Assembly: GCA_003576755.1 (NCBI GenBank)
Contig: QEVT01000002.1
Location: 346 to 64,345 of the forward strand
Direction of reading: 5' to 3'
DNA from: a bacterium
Lineage (GTDB): Bacteria > Chloroflexota > Anaerolineae > Epilineales > Epilineaceae
DNA: 64,000 nucleotides
Shown here: positions 44,077-52,850 of the stretch, piece by piece
Numbering within the stretch: the first letter of the stretch is position 1
Layout: every line of letters starts with the position of its first letter
Made by a program: the position numbers and the translations under genes
Notes under the pieces: model-generated
What the model was told of the DNA's origin: nothing
Databases searched by the model: none
The model's input: only the letters and a program-made list of their open reading frames with translations

Positions 44077-44719
44077 ATGCAGGTGTGCCGGGCGACGGGG
44101 CAGGTCGACGAGGTACTGGAGAGTTGGCAGAACCTCGCGCTGCCCGAGTGCCGTTGCCTGATCCTGGATGCCCGCTACGGGAAGATCCTCACGGACGGCC
44201 AGATCCGCGACGGGGCGGTCTTGATTGCCAAAAGGGTAACGGCACAAGGCAAGCGCTCGGTCTTTGGGGGCGTGGGTTTCGCTCAGCGAGCACGAGGTCC
44301 ACTGGCGGCAGTTCCTCCAGAGCCCGGTGGCGCGAGGCCTGCGCGGACAGTCGTGGATCTTCAGCGATGATCACGCCGGCTTGGGCGCGGCCCGCAAGGC
44401 CGTGTTCGGCGGTGTCCCCTGGCAGCGTTGCCAGTTTCACCTCCAGCAGAATGCCACGGCCTACGTCCCGCGCTTGGAGCAGCGCCCCGAGGTCGCCTCC
44501 AGCATTCGCGCCGTGTTCAATGCCCCCGATCGCACCGAGGCCGAGGCTCGCCTGAAGCGATCGATCGACACGTATGCCACCTCAGCCTCCAAGCTCGCCG
44601 CCTGGATGGAGTCCAACCTCCACGACGGTCTGACCGTTTTTCCGTGCCTATCATACCTTCTCGGATTGGATCTGCCGTCAACGCGACACTCCCATCAGGA
44701 GCCCGCATCATCCAATTAA
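44077..44719 (+). pseudogene. IS256-family (Mutator-type) transposase remnant, frameshifted and truncated at both ends
   Basis: Frame 1 reads LILDARYGKILTDGQIRDGAVLIA. Frame 2 reads SEHEVHWRQFLQSPVARGLRGQSWIFSDDHAGLGAARKAVFGGVPWQRCQFHLQQNA...AVFNAPDRTEAEARL. These are IS256 core motifs split across frames near 44270-44370. Confidence 0.6.
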
Positions 44720-44967
44720 CAGAAGCAGACTTGCTCGAACCCGAAGGGCAGCGACCTGCAGTCAGAGGACCTGCGGCGAAGTCGGTTGGGCGACGGGGAT
44801 GGCGCTGGTGGCCCGAGCGGCGGGGATGTGCGTGCTTGTGACGTCGGTGCGGGTGGGACGCGATGGCGTTGCGGCGACGGGGGCGGGACTGGAGCGGGCG
44901 GGGTTCGAGTCAAGGGCGGGCGGACTCGCCCGCTTGACGATACGATGCGGGGCCGGGCACGGTAGCC

Positions 44968-44996
44968 TTGACAACTCGCGGCATAGGCGCTATGAA
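44968..44996 (+). promoter_or_regulatory. Sigma-70-type promoter candidate for the CHAT-SIR2/STAND operon (near-leaderless transcript)
   Basis: TTGACA (44968-44973), a 17-nt spacer, then TATGAA (44991-44996). The first plausible ATG (45006) lies 10 nt after the -10 element. Confidence 0.35.
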
Positions 44997-45005
44997 TCTC
45001 GCCTC

Positions 45006-47114
45006 ATGCGCGAAGCCATGGTTTCCCGAATCGTTGACCCGCTGACGTTCGACCTGCACATCTCACGACAGGCGGGCGATCAGTATCGCGCTGTAGCGCG
45101 CGCTCTCGGGGGTGAGTTTGAGTCCGACGTGTTCACGCTTCCCCTCACGATACGAGATTGGGTTGGAGCTTCGAGCGGGCATCATAGGGTTCGAGACTTT
45201 ACGGCCAGGTCACCTGCCGAAACGCTGCAGCCCGCTGCGATCGGGGCAAGCCTCTTCAAGACCGTGTTTTCGGGCAGGGTACTGTCCGGATACGACCAGT
45301 GCGTCATCTCGGCGATGCGTGACGATGTGCGGTTGCGCATCTGTTTGCACTTGAACAGAAGTGCACCGGAGATCATGTACTGGCCGTGGGAGTGCCTCCG
45401 CAACGAAGAGGTGAACCGCAGCCTCGCACTTTCGGAGTACTGCTCGATCGTACGGGTTCCGGCAATTGCCGAAGCGATACGTCCTCGGCTGAAGGTGCGC
45501 TCGCCCCTTAAGGTGCTGGTCATGATCGCTAATCCGAAGGGGGTCGCAGCGCTGAACAGCAACGAGGAGTGGGATCAACTTCACGAGGCCACCTCGGATC
45601 TTGTCGACCGTGGCCTGATGGCTTACACCAGACTCGATTCCGCCACACTGCCGACTCTGGCCAAAGCTCTGGATTCAGACAACTTTCACATCCTTCATTA
45701 CATCGGCCATGGCGCGTTCGATGCTCGAACCGGTCAGGCCGACTTGGTCTTGGATCGCGGAGACGGATCGCACCGCTTGATCAGCGGTGACGAGCTCTAC
45801 CCACTCCTGGACAGGAGCCGCTCTCTTCGCTTGCTCGTGCTCAACTCATGCAAGGGTGCCGTAGGTGCGCCGCACGACGCATTCAGCGGTATCGCCCAGA
45901 AGGCAATGCAGGCGGGGCTGCCGGCGGTCGTGGCGATGCAGGACGTGATCTCCGACCGCGCCGCGATCACCTTCGCGAGAGGGCTGTACGGCGGGATAGC
46001 CAGCGGCTTGACCATCGATGGGGCGGTAACCAAGGGTCGGACTGCCATCGTACACGAGCACGATGACTCCGTTGAGTGGGCAGTGCCGGTGCTCTACATG
46101 AGGGATCAAGACGGGCGGCTGTTCGATATGTCCGGTCTTGACGAAGGTGTCAGCGCCACCGCATCGAAGTCGGATCCACGCCCGGAACCGCCGATTGGCG
46201 TGATAGAACGGCTCTTCCGCAGCGGACAAATCGTTCCATTTCTGGGGCCTTTGGCATCTGCCGCACCGACATCGACCGCTCCGGTGGCTACCGAATCCCA
46301 GGATGAGGTGCCGAGTCGGCGAGACCTTGCTTATCGCCTGGCCGATTCGGCATCCTTCCCGGACAAGGACCCACACAGTCGCGGCGATCTCGCCCAGGTC
46401 GCTGCGTACTACGCCGACTTCAACGGGAGGCGTGGCCTGCGGGCGGAGCTGAGGGACGTCTTCCGCCGTACGTATGCCGTGCAACACATCCACCGGCTCT
46501 TGGCGGCGTCCGCGCAGCCGTTGCTGGTCGTGACCACGAACTACGATACGCTCATCGAGCAGGCCTTTCGCGAGGCCGGGCATGATTACGATCTCGTGGT
46601 GTACCCTACCGATCGCAAGGATCTTGCTAACGCGGTGTTGTGGTGGACACCCGGCGCCGCTGAGCCGGAGGCAGTCGCTCCCAACGAGTTGCTTGTTCCC
46701 CTGAACGAGCGCAGCACGATCTTCAAGATGCACGGCTCAGTGGACTTGTCCACAGAGAAGTTCGACTCGTTCGTGGTTACGGAGGACGACAACGTCGAGT
46801 TTCTAGCCCGAGTCAACAGCAACACCGCTGTACCGGCTCAGTTCCTCGATCACTGCCGCGATCGGTCGCTCTTGTTCCTCGGCTGCAGCATTGACGACTG
46901 GCACCTGCGCATCATGCTCAAAGCGTGGAGCCGCCACGTCGAACAGCGCCGCCGCGATGCCAATGCCGACACCATCTCGTCCTGGGCCGTACAGCCCAAG
47001 ACCGGCCTGTCCGAGATCGGCTTGTGGCAACGCTGCCAGGTACAGCCGTTCGATCTGTCCGTCGATGCGTTCGCGGACGCCTTGGCGCGCCGAACAAACG
47101 CCTCGGCCCCATGA
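45006..47114 (+). CDS. CHAT (caspase-like) protease domain fused to a SIR2-like (SIR2_2/ThsA-type) domain
   Basis: CHAT: FHILHYIGHGAF (His codon 45708-45710) and LRLLVLNSCKG (Cys codon 45849-45851), then LPAVVAMQDVISD. SIR2-like: LLVVTTNYDTLIEQAF, IFKMHGSVD, FVVTEDDNVEFL, LLFLGCSIDDWHLRIMLK. The start could be 45006 or 45018. Confidence 0.8.
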   Translation: MREAMVSRIVDPLTFDLHISRQAGDQYRAVARALGGEFESDVFTLPLTIRDWVGASSGHHRVRDFTARSPAETLQPAAIGASLFKTVFSGRVLSGYDQCVISAMRDDVRLRICLHLNRSAPEIMYWPWECLRNEEVNRSLALSEYCSIVRVPAIAEAIRPRLKVRSPLKVLVMIANPKGVAALNSNEEWDQLHEATSDLVDRGLMAYTRLDSATLPTLAKALDSDNFHILHYIGHGAFDARTGQADLVLDRGDGSHRLISGDELYPLLDRSRSLRLLVLNSCKGAVGAPHDAFSGIAQKAMQAGLPAVVAMQDVISDRAAITFARGLYGGIASGLTIDGAVTKGRTAIVHEHDDSVEWAVPVLYMRDQDGRLFDMSGLDEGVSATASKSDPRPEPPIGVIERLFRSGQIVPFLGPLASAAPTSTAPVATESQDEVPSRRDLAYRLADSASFPDKDPHSRGDLAQVAAYYADFNGRRGLRAELRDVFRRTYAVQHIHRLLAASAQPLLVVTTNYDTLIEQAFREAGHDYDLVVYPTDRKDLANAVLWWTPGAAEPEAVAPNELLVPLNERSTIFKMHGSVDLSTEKFDSFVVTEDDNVEFLARVNSNTAVPAQFLDHCRDRSLLFLGCSIDDWHLRIMLKAWSRHVEQRRRDANADTISSWAVQPKTGLSEIGLWQRCQVQPFDLSVDAFADALARRTNASAP

Positions 47115-50100
47115 CCCGGCCATTATGCCCCTACGTCGGCCTCCAACCGTTCACGGAAACGGAACGGGGGTATTTCTTCGGCCGCGAGCGCGAGATCCGT
47201 CTGATCACGGCCAACATGCGCGTCGCTCCGCTGACGGTCCTTTACGGGCACAGCGGTGTTGGCAAGAGCTCGGTGCTCCGTGCCGGCGTCATCCCGGCGC
47301 TTCAGGCACGAGCCCAAACGGCGGTGGTTTACGTCAACGACTGGCGCAGCGACCAGTCCCTCGATGCGCTCAAGCTGGCTTGTGCGGAGGCAGTGGCGGC
47401 ACTTCCCGGCGGCGCCGGTGTTCCCTCCGCAGCAGCGATCGATCTCCCGCTCGACGTCCTCTTGCTCATGTTGTCCGATCGAGGGCGCTTCGAGTTGTTC
47501 ATTGTCCTGGATCAGTTCGAAGACTGGCTGACCTATCGCCCTGCGGAAACTGTGGCTACGACCTTTGACGAAGAGCTGGCGCGCGTCATCAACCGACGGG
47601 ATCCGCACATCGCGATGTTGCTGGCAGTGCGCGCCGACGCGCTGTTCCGCCTCGACCGCTATCGGACACGTATTCCTCGCCTGCTCGAGAACTCACTCCG
47701 GCTGCGGCATCTCAGCGCTGAGGCCGCGGAGAGGGCAATTCGCCAGCCGCTAGCCGTCCACAATGCTCACAACAACGTGCCGATCGCCATCGACGACGCC
47801 GTTGTCGACGCCGTGATCGGCGATGTCACCGCCGCCGAGTTCCGGTTGGGCGAACACATGGAGCGAAGCGTCGACCCCAGCGCGGCCCGTGTCGTCGAGG
47901 CACCGCTCCTGCAGCTCGTGATGACGCGGCTATGGGATGTGGAGGTGGGCGCGGGCTCGACGACGCTACGACTGGAGACGTATGAACGACTCGGGCGCTC
48001 CGTGCAGATCGCCGAGAGCCACCTGGACCACAGCTTGACAGCGTTGCCTGAGCCCGAGCAAGCACTATGCGCCGACATGTTCCAGTGGCTGGTGACCCCG
48101 TCTGGCCACAAGATCGCCCAAACGCTGAGGGATCTGTCCGCTTATAGTGGTAGGCCCGAACCGGACGTGAGCAACCTATTGGCCAAGCTGGGCGATGCGC
48201 GCATCCTCAGGGCCTTGCCGCCGGTTCTGGACGCACGCGGGGAGCGCTACGAGCTCTTTCACGACGTTCTGGCGTCGGGAGTGTTGAGTTGGCGGCACCG
48301 GTTTCTCGCGGCGCAACAGTCCGAGCGGGTGCGTCGCGAGACTGAGGAACGCTTGGCCGAGGAGCGTCGGCAGCGCTGGAAGCGTCGGTTGGACCGGGTT
48401 TATCGCGCCGGTGTTGCGGCGCTCGTCGGCCTGGTGGCATTGGGCATTGCCATCGGCATCGAGCGCGAAGTGCACATCCGGGCCCAGTGGCACGAGCTGA
48501 ACGGACCGCCGGGCGGCACCATCGCCCCGCTGGCGATAGATCCGCAAGTTCCAAATCGGCTATATGTGGCGCTGTATGGCCGCGACGGAGGCGTGTATCG
48601 CACGGACGACGGCGGCCAGTCGTGGGCGCGGCTCCCAGTCGGGCTCGGCCAGAACGTCGCAATGGCCCTGGCTATCGACCCGCGAGATCCGGCGCGCATG
48701 TACCTGGGCACCGCCGGCAACGGGGTGATCGGGACGGTCGACGGCGGCGCGACGTGGTCGCCGTTGAACGATGGGTTGTTCAACCTCAACGTGCTCGATC
48801 TCATGCTGGCAGCAGATGACCCGGAACACATTTTGGTCGTAGCGTACGGAGGGGGCGGCGGTCTGTTCTCCAGCCGTGACCACGGCGAACACTGGTACCG
48901 GGTCAACGACGTCGATACGCAGCAGGCCTTCCGGCTCGTCAGTAGCCCGCGCGATGCCGGCGAGGTCACGGTGTTGTCCGAGCGAGGTGTTTTCCGGTCG
49001 ACGGATGGTGGGACGAGGTTCTACTTGCTCGAAAGCCCCGATGTCCCTTCCGACATCGTGAGAGACTGGGCCGTCGGCAGCGACGGAACGCGGTATGCCA
49101 TTGTGCGCGATGGGAAGTTGTCCCGGAAATCGGTGCACGATCAGGAATGGGTTGACATCCTCCTTCCTGACCGCGATGATTATGGTATTCGGGTGTGGGC
49201 AGACACCCGCAACGAGGGTTGGCTGTACACAGCAGTCCGCTCGGCGTTGGGTTCGACTGCGCTTCTAACGAGTCGGGCGACTGGGCGGATGGGGTCATGG
49301 CAGTCTGCGGGCAACGAGATCGGCCGGACGCCGGGCATTGAACTGCTGACGGACCCCCACCATCCACGCCGGGTGTACTACGGCACCAGCGGCGGGCTCT
49401 ACCACAGCAATGATGGAATGACTGGTTGGGCGCCCATCAGCACCACGCTGGCCAAGTCAACGGTGGGGGCGATCCTTGCGGATCCCGTGGATGGCAAGCG
49501 GATCTGGGCTTCGGTCGAGGGCGGTGTGTATCGAAGCGACAATGGCGGCATCCTGTGGTCGCCGGTGGTCGACGGCCTGTACGCTGCGGCCGTACGCACG
49601 CTGGCCATCAATCCACGCGACCATCGGGACGTGTTTGCCGGTGTATATCGTCCGGGTAACGTGGAATCGATCTTCCGGTTTCACGATGGCGCCGGCCACA
49701 GGGCGTGGACCGGAAGCGCCAACGGGAGCAAGAACGACGATACTCGGGCGCTGCTGTTCCGACCTTCCTCTGTCACGACGATGAGCTTGTTTGCAGGCAC
49801 CTTTGGTAGTGGTGTTTGGCACACTCATGATGGCCACAACTGGGAGGCTCGAAACCAGGGGTTGGCGCGCCTGGATGTGGTTGACCTAGCCGGCGATGCT
49901 CTGAGCGCTGAGACCCTCTATGCCGCCACCGGTGGCGGCGTCTATCGCAGTCAAGACGGCGGCATCAGTTGGATGGCATTCAACGACGGTCTTGAAGATC
50001 TTCAAGTCCATGCGATCGCCGCTGATCAATGGCGCTCGGAGACGGTGTTCGCCGGCACTGCCCGCGGACTGTTCGTATCGCACCAAGGCCGACCGTGGAG

Positions 50101-50371
50101 GCCAGCCAATAATGGCGTGGATCGGACGAACGTCATCGTCGTTCAGCCGGACCCGCGCCAAGCCGACGTAATCTACATTGCAACAGACACGGGCGGAGTC
50201 TACCGGAGTGACGACGGTGGCGAACGTTGGGTTCCGATCTCCCAGACGGCGACCACGTACGCGATCAATTCGCTCACTGTCCCGTTTTCCGGGAGGTATG
50301 CGCTCCTCGCAGGGGCGGCCGAGGCGGGAGTGCACGGCTGGGTGCGACGTTATGCATGGCAAGACCCTTAG
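47111..50371 (+). CDS. STAND-class P-loop NTPase + single TM helix + C-terminal Asp-box (BNR/sortilin/Ycf48-like) beta-propeller
   Basis: ATG at 47111 overlaps the upstream TGA (ATGA). The N-terminus is CPYVGLQPFTETERGYFFGREREI, the Walker A is LYGHSGVGKSSVL and the Walker B is LFIVLDQFEDWL. The hydrophobic helix is AGVAALVGLVALGIAIGI (about nt 48407-48463). About 9-10 S/T-x-D-x-G-x-x-W motifs follow, for example YRTDDGGQSWARL, GTVDGGATWSPL and YRSDDGGERWVPI. Confidence 0.8.
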   Translation: MTRPLCPYVGLQPFTETERGYFFGREREIRLITANMRVAPLTVLYGHSGVGKSSVLRAGVIPALQARAQTAVVYVNDWRSDQSLDALKLACAEAVAALPGGAGVPSAAAIDLPLDVLLLMLSDRGRFELFIVLDQFEDWLTYRPAETVATTFDEELARVINRRDPHIAMLLAVRADALFRLDRYRTRIPRLLENSLRLRHLSAEAAERAIRQPLAVHNAHNNVPIAIDDAVVDAVIGDVTAAEFRLGEHMERSVDPSAARVVEAPLLQLVMTRLWDVEVGAGSTTLRLETYERLGRSVQIAESHLDHSLTALPEPEQALCADMFQWLVTPSGHKIAQTLRDLSAYSGRPEPDVSNLLAKLGDARILRALPPVLDARGERYELFHDVLASGVLSWRHRFLAAQQSERVRRETEERLAEERRQRWKRRLDRVYRAGVAALVGLVALGIAIGIEREVHIRAQWHELNGPPGGTIAPLAIDPQVPNRLYVALYGRDGGVYRTDDGGQSWARLPVGLGQNVAMALAIDPRDPARMYLGTAGNGVIGTVDGGATWSPLNDGLFNLNVLDLMLAADDPEHILVVAYGGGGGLFSSRDHGEHWYRVNDVDTQQAFRLVSSPRDAGEVTVLSERGVFRSTDGGTRFYLLESPDVPSDIVRDWAVGSDGTRYAIVRDGKLSRKSVHDQEWVDILLPDRDDYGIRVWADTRNEGWLYTAVRSALGSTALLTSRATGRMGSWQSAGNEIGRTPGIELLTDPHHPRRVYYGTSGGLYHSNDGMTGWAPISTTLAKSTVGAILADPVDGKRIWASVEGGVYRSDNGGILWSPVVDGLYAAAVRTLAINPRDHRDVFAGVYRPGNVESIFRFHDGAGHRAWTGSANGSKNDDTRALLFRPSSVTTMSLFAGTFGSGVWHTHDGHNWEARNQGLARLDVVDLAGDALSAETLYAATGGGVYRSQDGGISWMAFNDGLEDLQVHAIAADQWRSETVFAGTARGLFVSHQGRPWRPANNGVDRTNVIVVQPDPRQADVIYIATDTGGVYRSDDGGERWVPISQTATTYAINSLTVPFSGRYALLAGAAEAGVHGWVRRYAWQDP

Positions 50372-51868
50372 CATTATAATTGTAGTTTGTAACAAATGCC
50401 GTCGGACATGCAAGGAGGACGACGGCAATGGACCAGATCGAGGTTTGGCAGGCGGGACTGTATGATCTGCTGGCGCGGATGAGCGGGGTGTTCGCCAACA
50501 GGGTAGGACTTGCGCGACTGGGGTTGTACGCGCGGGAACTGCTGGGGCCGGCGGAGTGCAAGAACGGCTGGCAGTTAGCAGAAGAGGCAGGAGAGGCAAC
50601 GCCGTGCGCGATGCAGCAGTTCCTGTTTCGAGGCAACTGGTTTGCGGACGAGCTCAGTCGGGACATGCGACGGTACATCATCGGAGGTTTGGCGACCCGA
50701 TGGGGGTCTTGGTGATCGACGAAACGGGCATTCTCAAGAAGGGAGCCCACTCTATGGGAGTGCGGCGACAATACAGCGGGACGGCAGGGTGGGTGGAGAA
50801 TTGCCAGATCGCGGTGTTGTTGGGCTATGCAACTGCGAAAGGGCGGGCGTTGTTGGATCGGGCGCTGTACCTGCCCAAGAGTTGGGCGGATGACCGAGCC
50901 CGACGCGCCAAGGTCGGTGTGCCGGAGACAGTCGCGTTCAAGACGAAACCGGCCTTGGCGTGGGCGATGGTGGAGCGAGCGCTCGACGAAGGCGTGCCCG
51001 CGAGGCGGGTGGCTGGCGACAGTATCTACGGCGACGATCCGCAGCTCCGTCGCAGCCTGGAAGGTCGACACATTGGCTACGTCATGGCGACCAGCCACAA
51101 CGATGCACGTGTCCCGATCAGCAGGCGTACGCGAGCGCTCTGCGACGTCGTCGCGGGACTCAAGAACGATGACTGGCAGAGCCTGAGCGCGGGCGATTGG
51201 AGCCAAGGACCCCGGTTGTGCGACTGGCAACTGGTGACGCCGTCGACCTCTCTCCTCCCAGCGTGGCGCCGCGGCAACCTCGTCCAGCGCAGCGTCAGTG
51301 ACCCCGCCGAGAGCAAGGTCCACCGTTGCTTCTTTCCAGTGGAAACGTCGCTGGCCACCCCTGTCCGCGTCGCGGGCAGCCGCTGGACAATCGAGACGGA
51401 CATCGAAGAAGCGAAGGGCGAGGTCGGTCTCGACCACTACGAAATGAGGAGCTGGGATGGTTGGCATCGGCACATCAGCCTGGCTCCACTGGCCCACGCC
51501 TTTCTCTCTGTCACCGAAGCGACCAATCACGCGGCGGACTCAGCCGCGACAATAGGGGGGTCCATGCATCGCTGCCAGACACAGTCGATAACGGCGTTCA
51601 AGGTCGGTCGGGGTCTCTTGTGCCCCTGAGCATCCCCGATATCCGGCGTCTGCTTCGTCAGATCCTGTTCACGGTCATCCACCCCGCCGAATGGGTCATC
51701 GCCTGGTCCCGCTGGTGGCGCCGCCACCAAGCCATCGCCCAACGGCACCATCGCTGCTGTCGCACTCTAAGCAGAGGGAACACTACTGTACTTGCCCGTA
51801 CCCAATCGATAGCGCCGATCGTCACTAGTTCTTGCCTCTATCACTTACAGATCATAATCACGGAGTGA
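50372..51868 (+). mobile_element. IS701-family-like insertion sequence (about 1.5 kb), boundaries approximate
   Basis: It carries a DDE transposase with IS701-type motifs. The imperfect terminal inverted repeats are CATTATAATTGTAGTTTGTAAC (50372-50393) and the reverse complement of 51838-51859 (GATTATGATCTGTAAGTGATAG). I found no clear target duplication. Confidence 0.5.
50428..51868 (+). pseudogene. IS701-family transposase split over three reading frames (two -1 frame changes, near 50690 and 51620)
   Basis: Frame a reads MDQIEVWQAGLYDLL...GWQLAEEAGEATPCAMQQFL. Frame b reads GVLVIDETGILKKGAHSMGVRRQYSGTAGWVENCQIAVLLGYA...GDSIYGDD...RWTIETDIEEAKGEVGLDHYEMRSWDGWHRH. Frame c reads IPDIRRLL...WSRWWRRHQAIAQRHH. 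Confidence 0.65.
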
Positions 51869-51873
51869 TCACG

Positions 51874-52833
51874 ATGAATCTGCGACCGATTGGCGAAGTT
51901 GAAGCGGATCGGACCCCGCAGGCAACGACGTGGAGCAGTTCGTACTCTGACTCCGAATCTGTGGAGGATCAAGGACGGCTTGACGCGATGAGGGGCGTCT
52001 CACGGCTTCAGAGAAGATTGGGGCACGACGTTGATGGTCAATCGACAGGACTCCTTGGTTGCCAGATGAGCGATACGTCGCATCGGACAGGATTGATGGC
52101 GACCGTCGTGATCACGGCAATGGCGACACTGTGGCTTGCCAACAACCCAAGCGCGGTGGTCGCCACTCGATTCTTCAGCGTACCGGAACCGAGATCAACG
52201 CGTTCCCCGAACGGCTACATCGGTCCTGAGGGCGGCACGTTCAATGGCGCCGCGCCCAAGCTCGTAGTCGATGTGTCACGGGGTTTTCTCCCCAATGGGG
52301 CGATCTTCTTCGCCTTCCCGACGGATCTCATCCCTGCAGGCACACAGGACGCCAACGGCACGCGCCTGATCGGACAGCCCCACTGCTTCAGCATCTGGGT
52401 CAACGGGCAGATGCCGGAGCAATACCATGCGCCGCTCCGGATTGTGCGTTCGCTGGCAGAGATCAGCCCCAGTCCATCGCTCTCGAATCACGAGCAGTCT
52501 ATGCTGCGATTGGCCTTCTTCGACGACCGAGAGCAGGCATGGTCCGTGATCGGCGGGCAAGACATGTCGAGACGAGGTTCATGGCACATTGAAGCGACGT
52601 TGACGCATCTCGTGCTCAGCCGGAGATGCGATCCCTCCAAGCCGCAGGTCCTCCTGGGCGTGGTACTGGAGTCTGGATCTCCCGCGTTCGATGTTGTGTC
52701 GTTGACAACCAGCCAGCGCGCCGGTTCGAGTCCCCCGCAACAACCGTTGGCCGCAGCGACGTCTGGCCCTCTACCAGCGTACAGGCCTGGCAATCGTGCG
52801 GGCGGAGCACGCGCGGCGATCCTGTTTGAGTAG
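51874..52833 (+). CDS. Hypothetical protein with one predicted membrane anchor; start uncertain (51874 or 52066)
   Basis: The open frame has a hydrophobic stretch GLMATVVITAMATLWLA, followed by a non-repetitive ~240-aa region. No motif is recognised. The 5' end of the ORF overlaps the IS end. Confidence 0.35.
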   Translation: MNLRPIGEVEADRTPQATTWSSSYSDSESVEDQGRLDAMRGVSRLQRRLGHDVDGQSTGLLGCQMSDTSHRTGLMATVVITAMATLWLANNPSAVVATRFFSVPEPRSTRSPNGYIGPEGGTFNGAAPKLVVDVSRGFLPNGAIFFAFPTDLIPAGTQDANGTRLIGQPHCFSIWVNGQMPEQYHAPLRIVRSLAEISPSPSLSNHEQSMLRLAFFDDREQAWSVIGGQDMSRRGSWHIEATLTHLVLSRRCDPSKPQVLLGVVLESGSPAFDVVSLTTSQRAGSSPPQQPLAAATSGPLPAYRPGNRAGGARAAILFE

Positions 52834-52850
52834 CCTGCGCGAGAACCACC

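Noticed and set aside
44799-45005. A longer start (ATG 44799) for the CHAT-SIR2 ORF, as given in the ORF track.
   Set aside because: The extra 69 codons (MALVARAAGMCVLVTSVRVGRDG...) look like non-coding sequence. They would also run through the promoter-like TTGACA/TATGAA pair. 45006 or 45018 is preferred.
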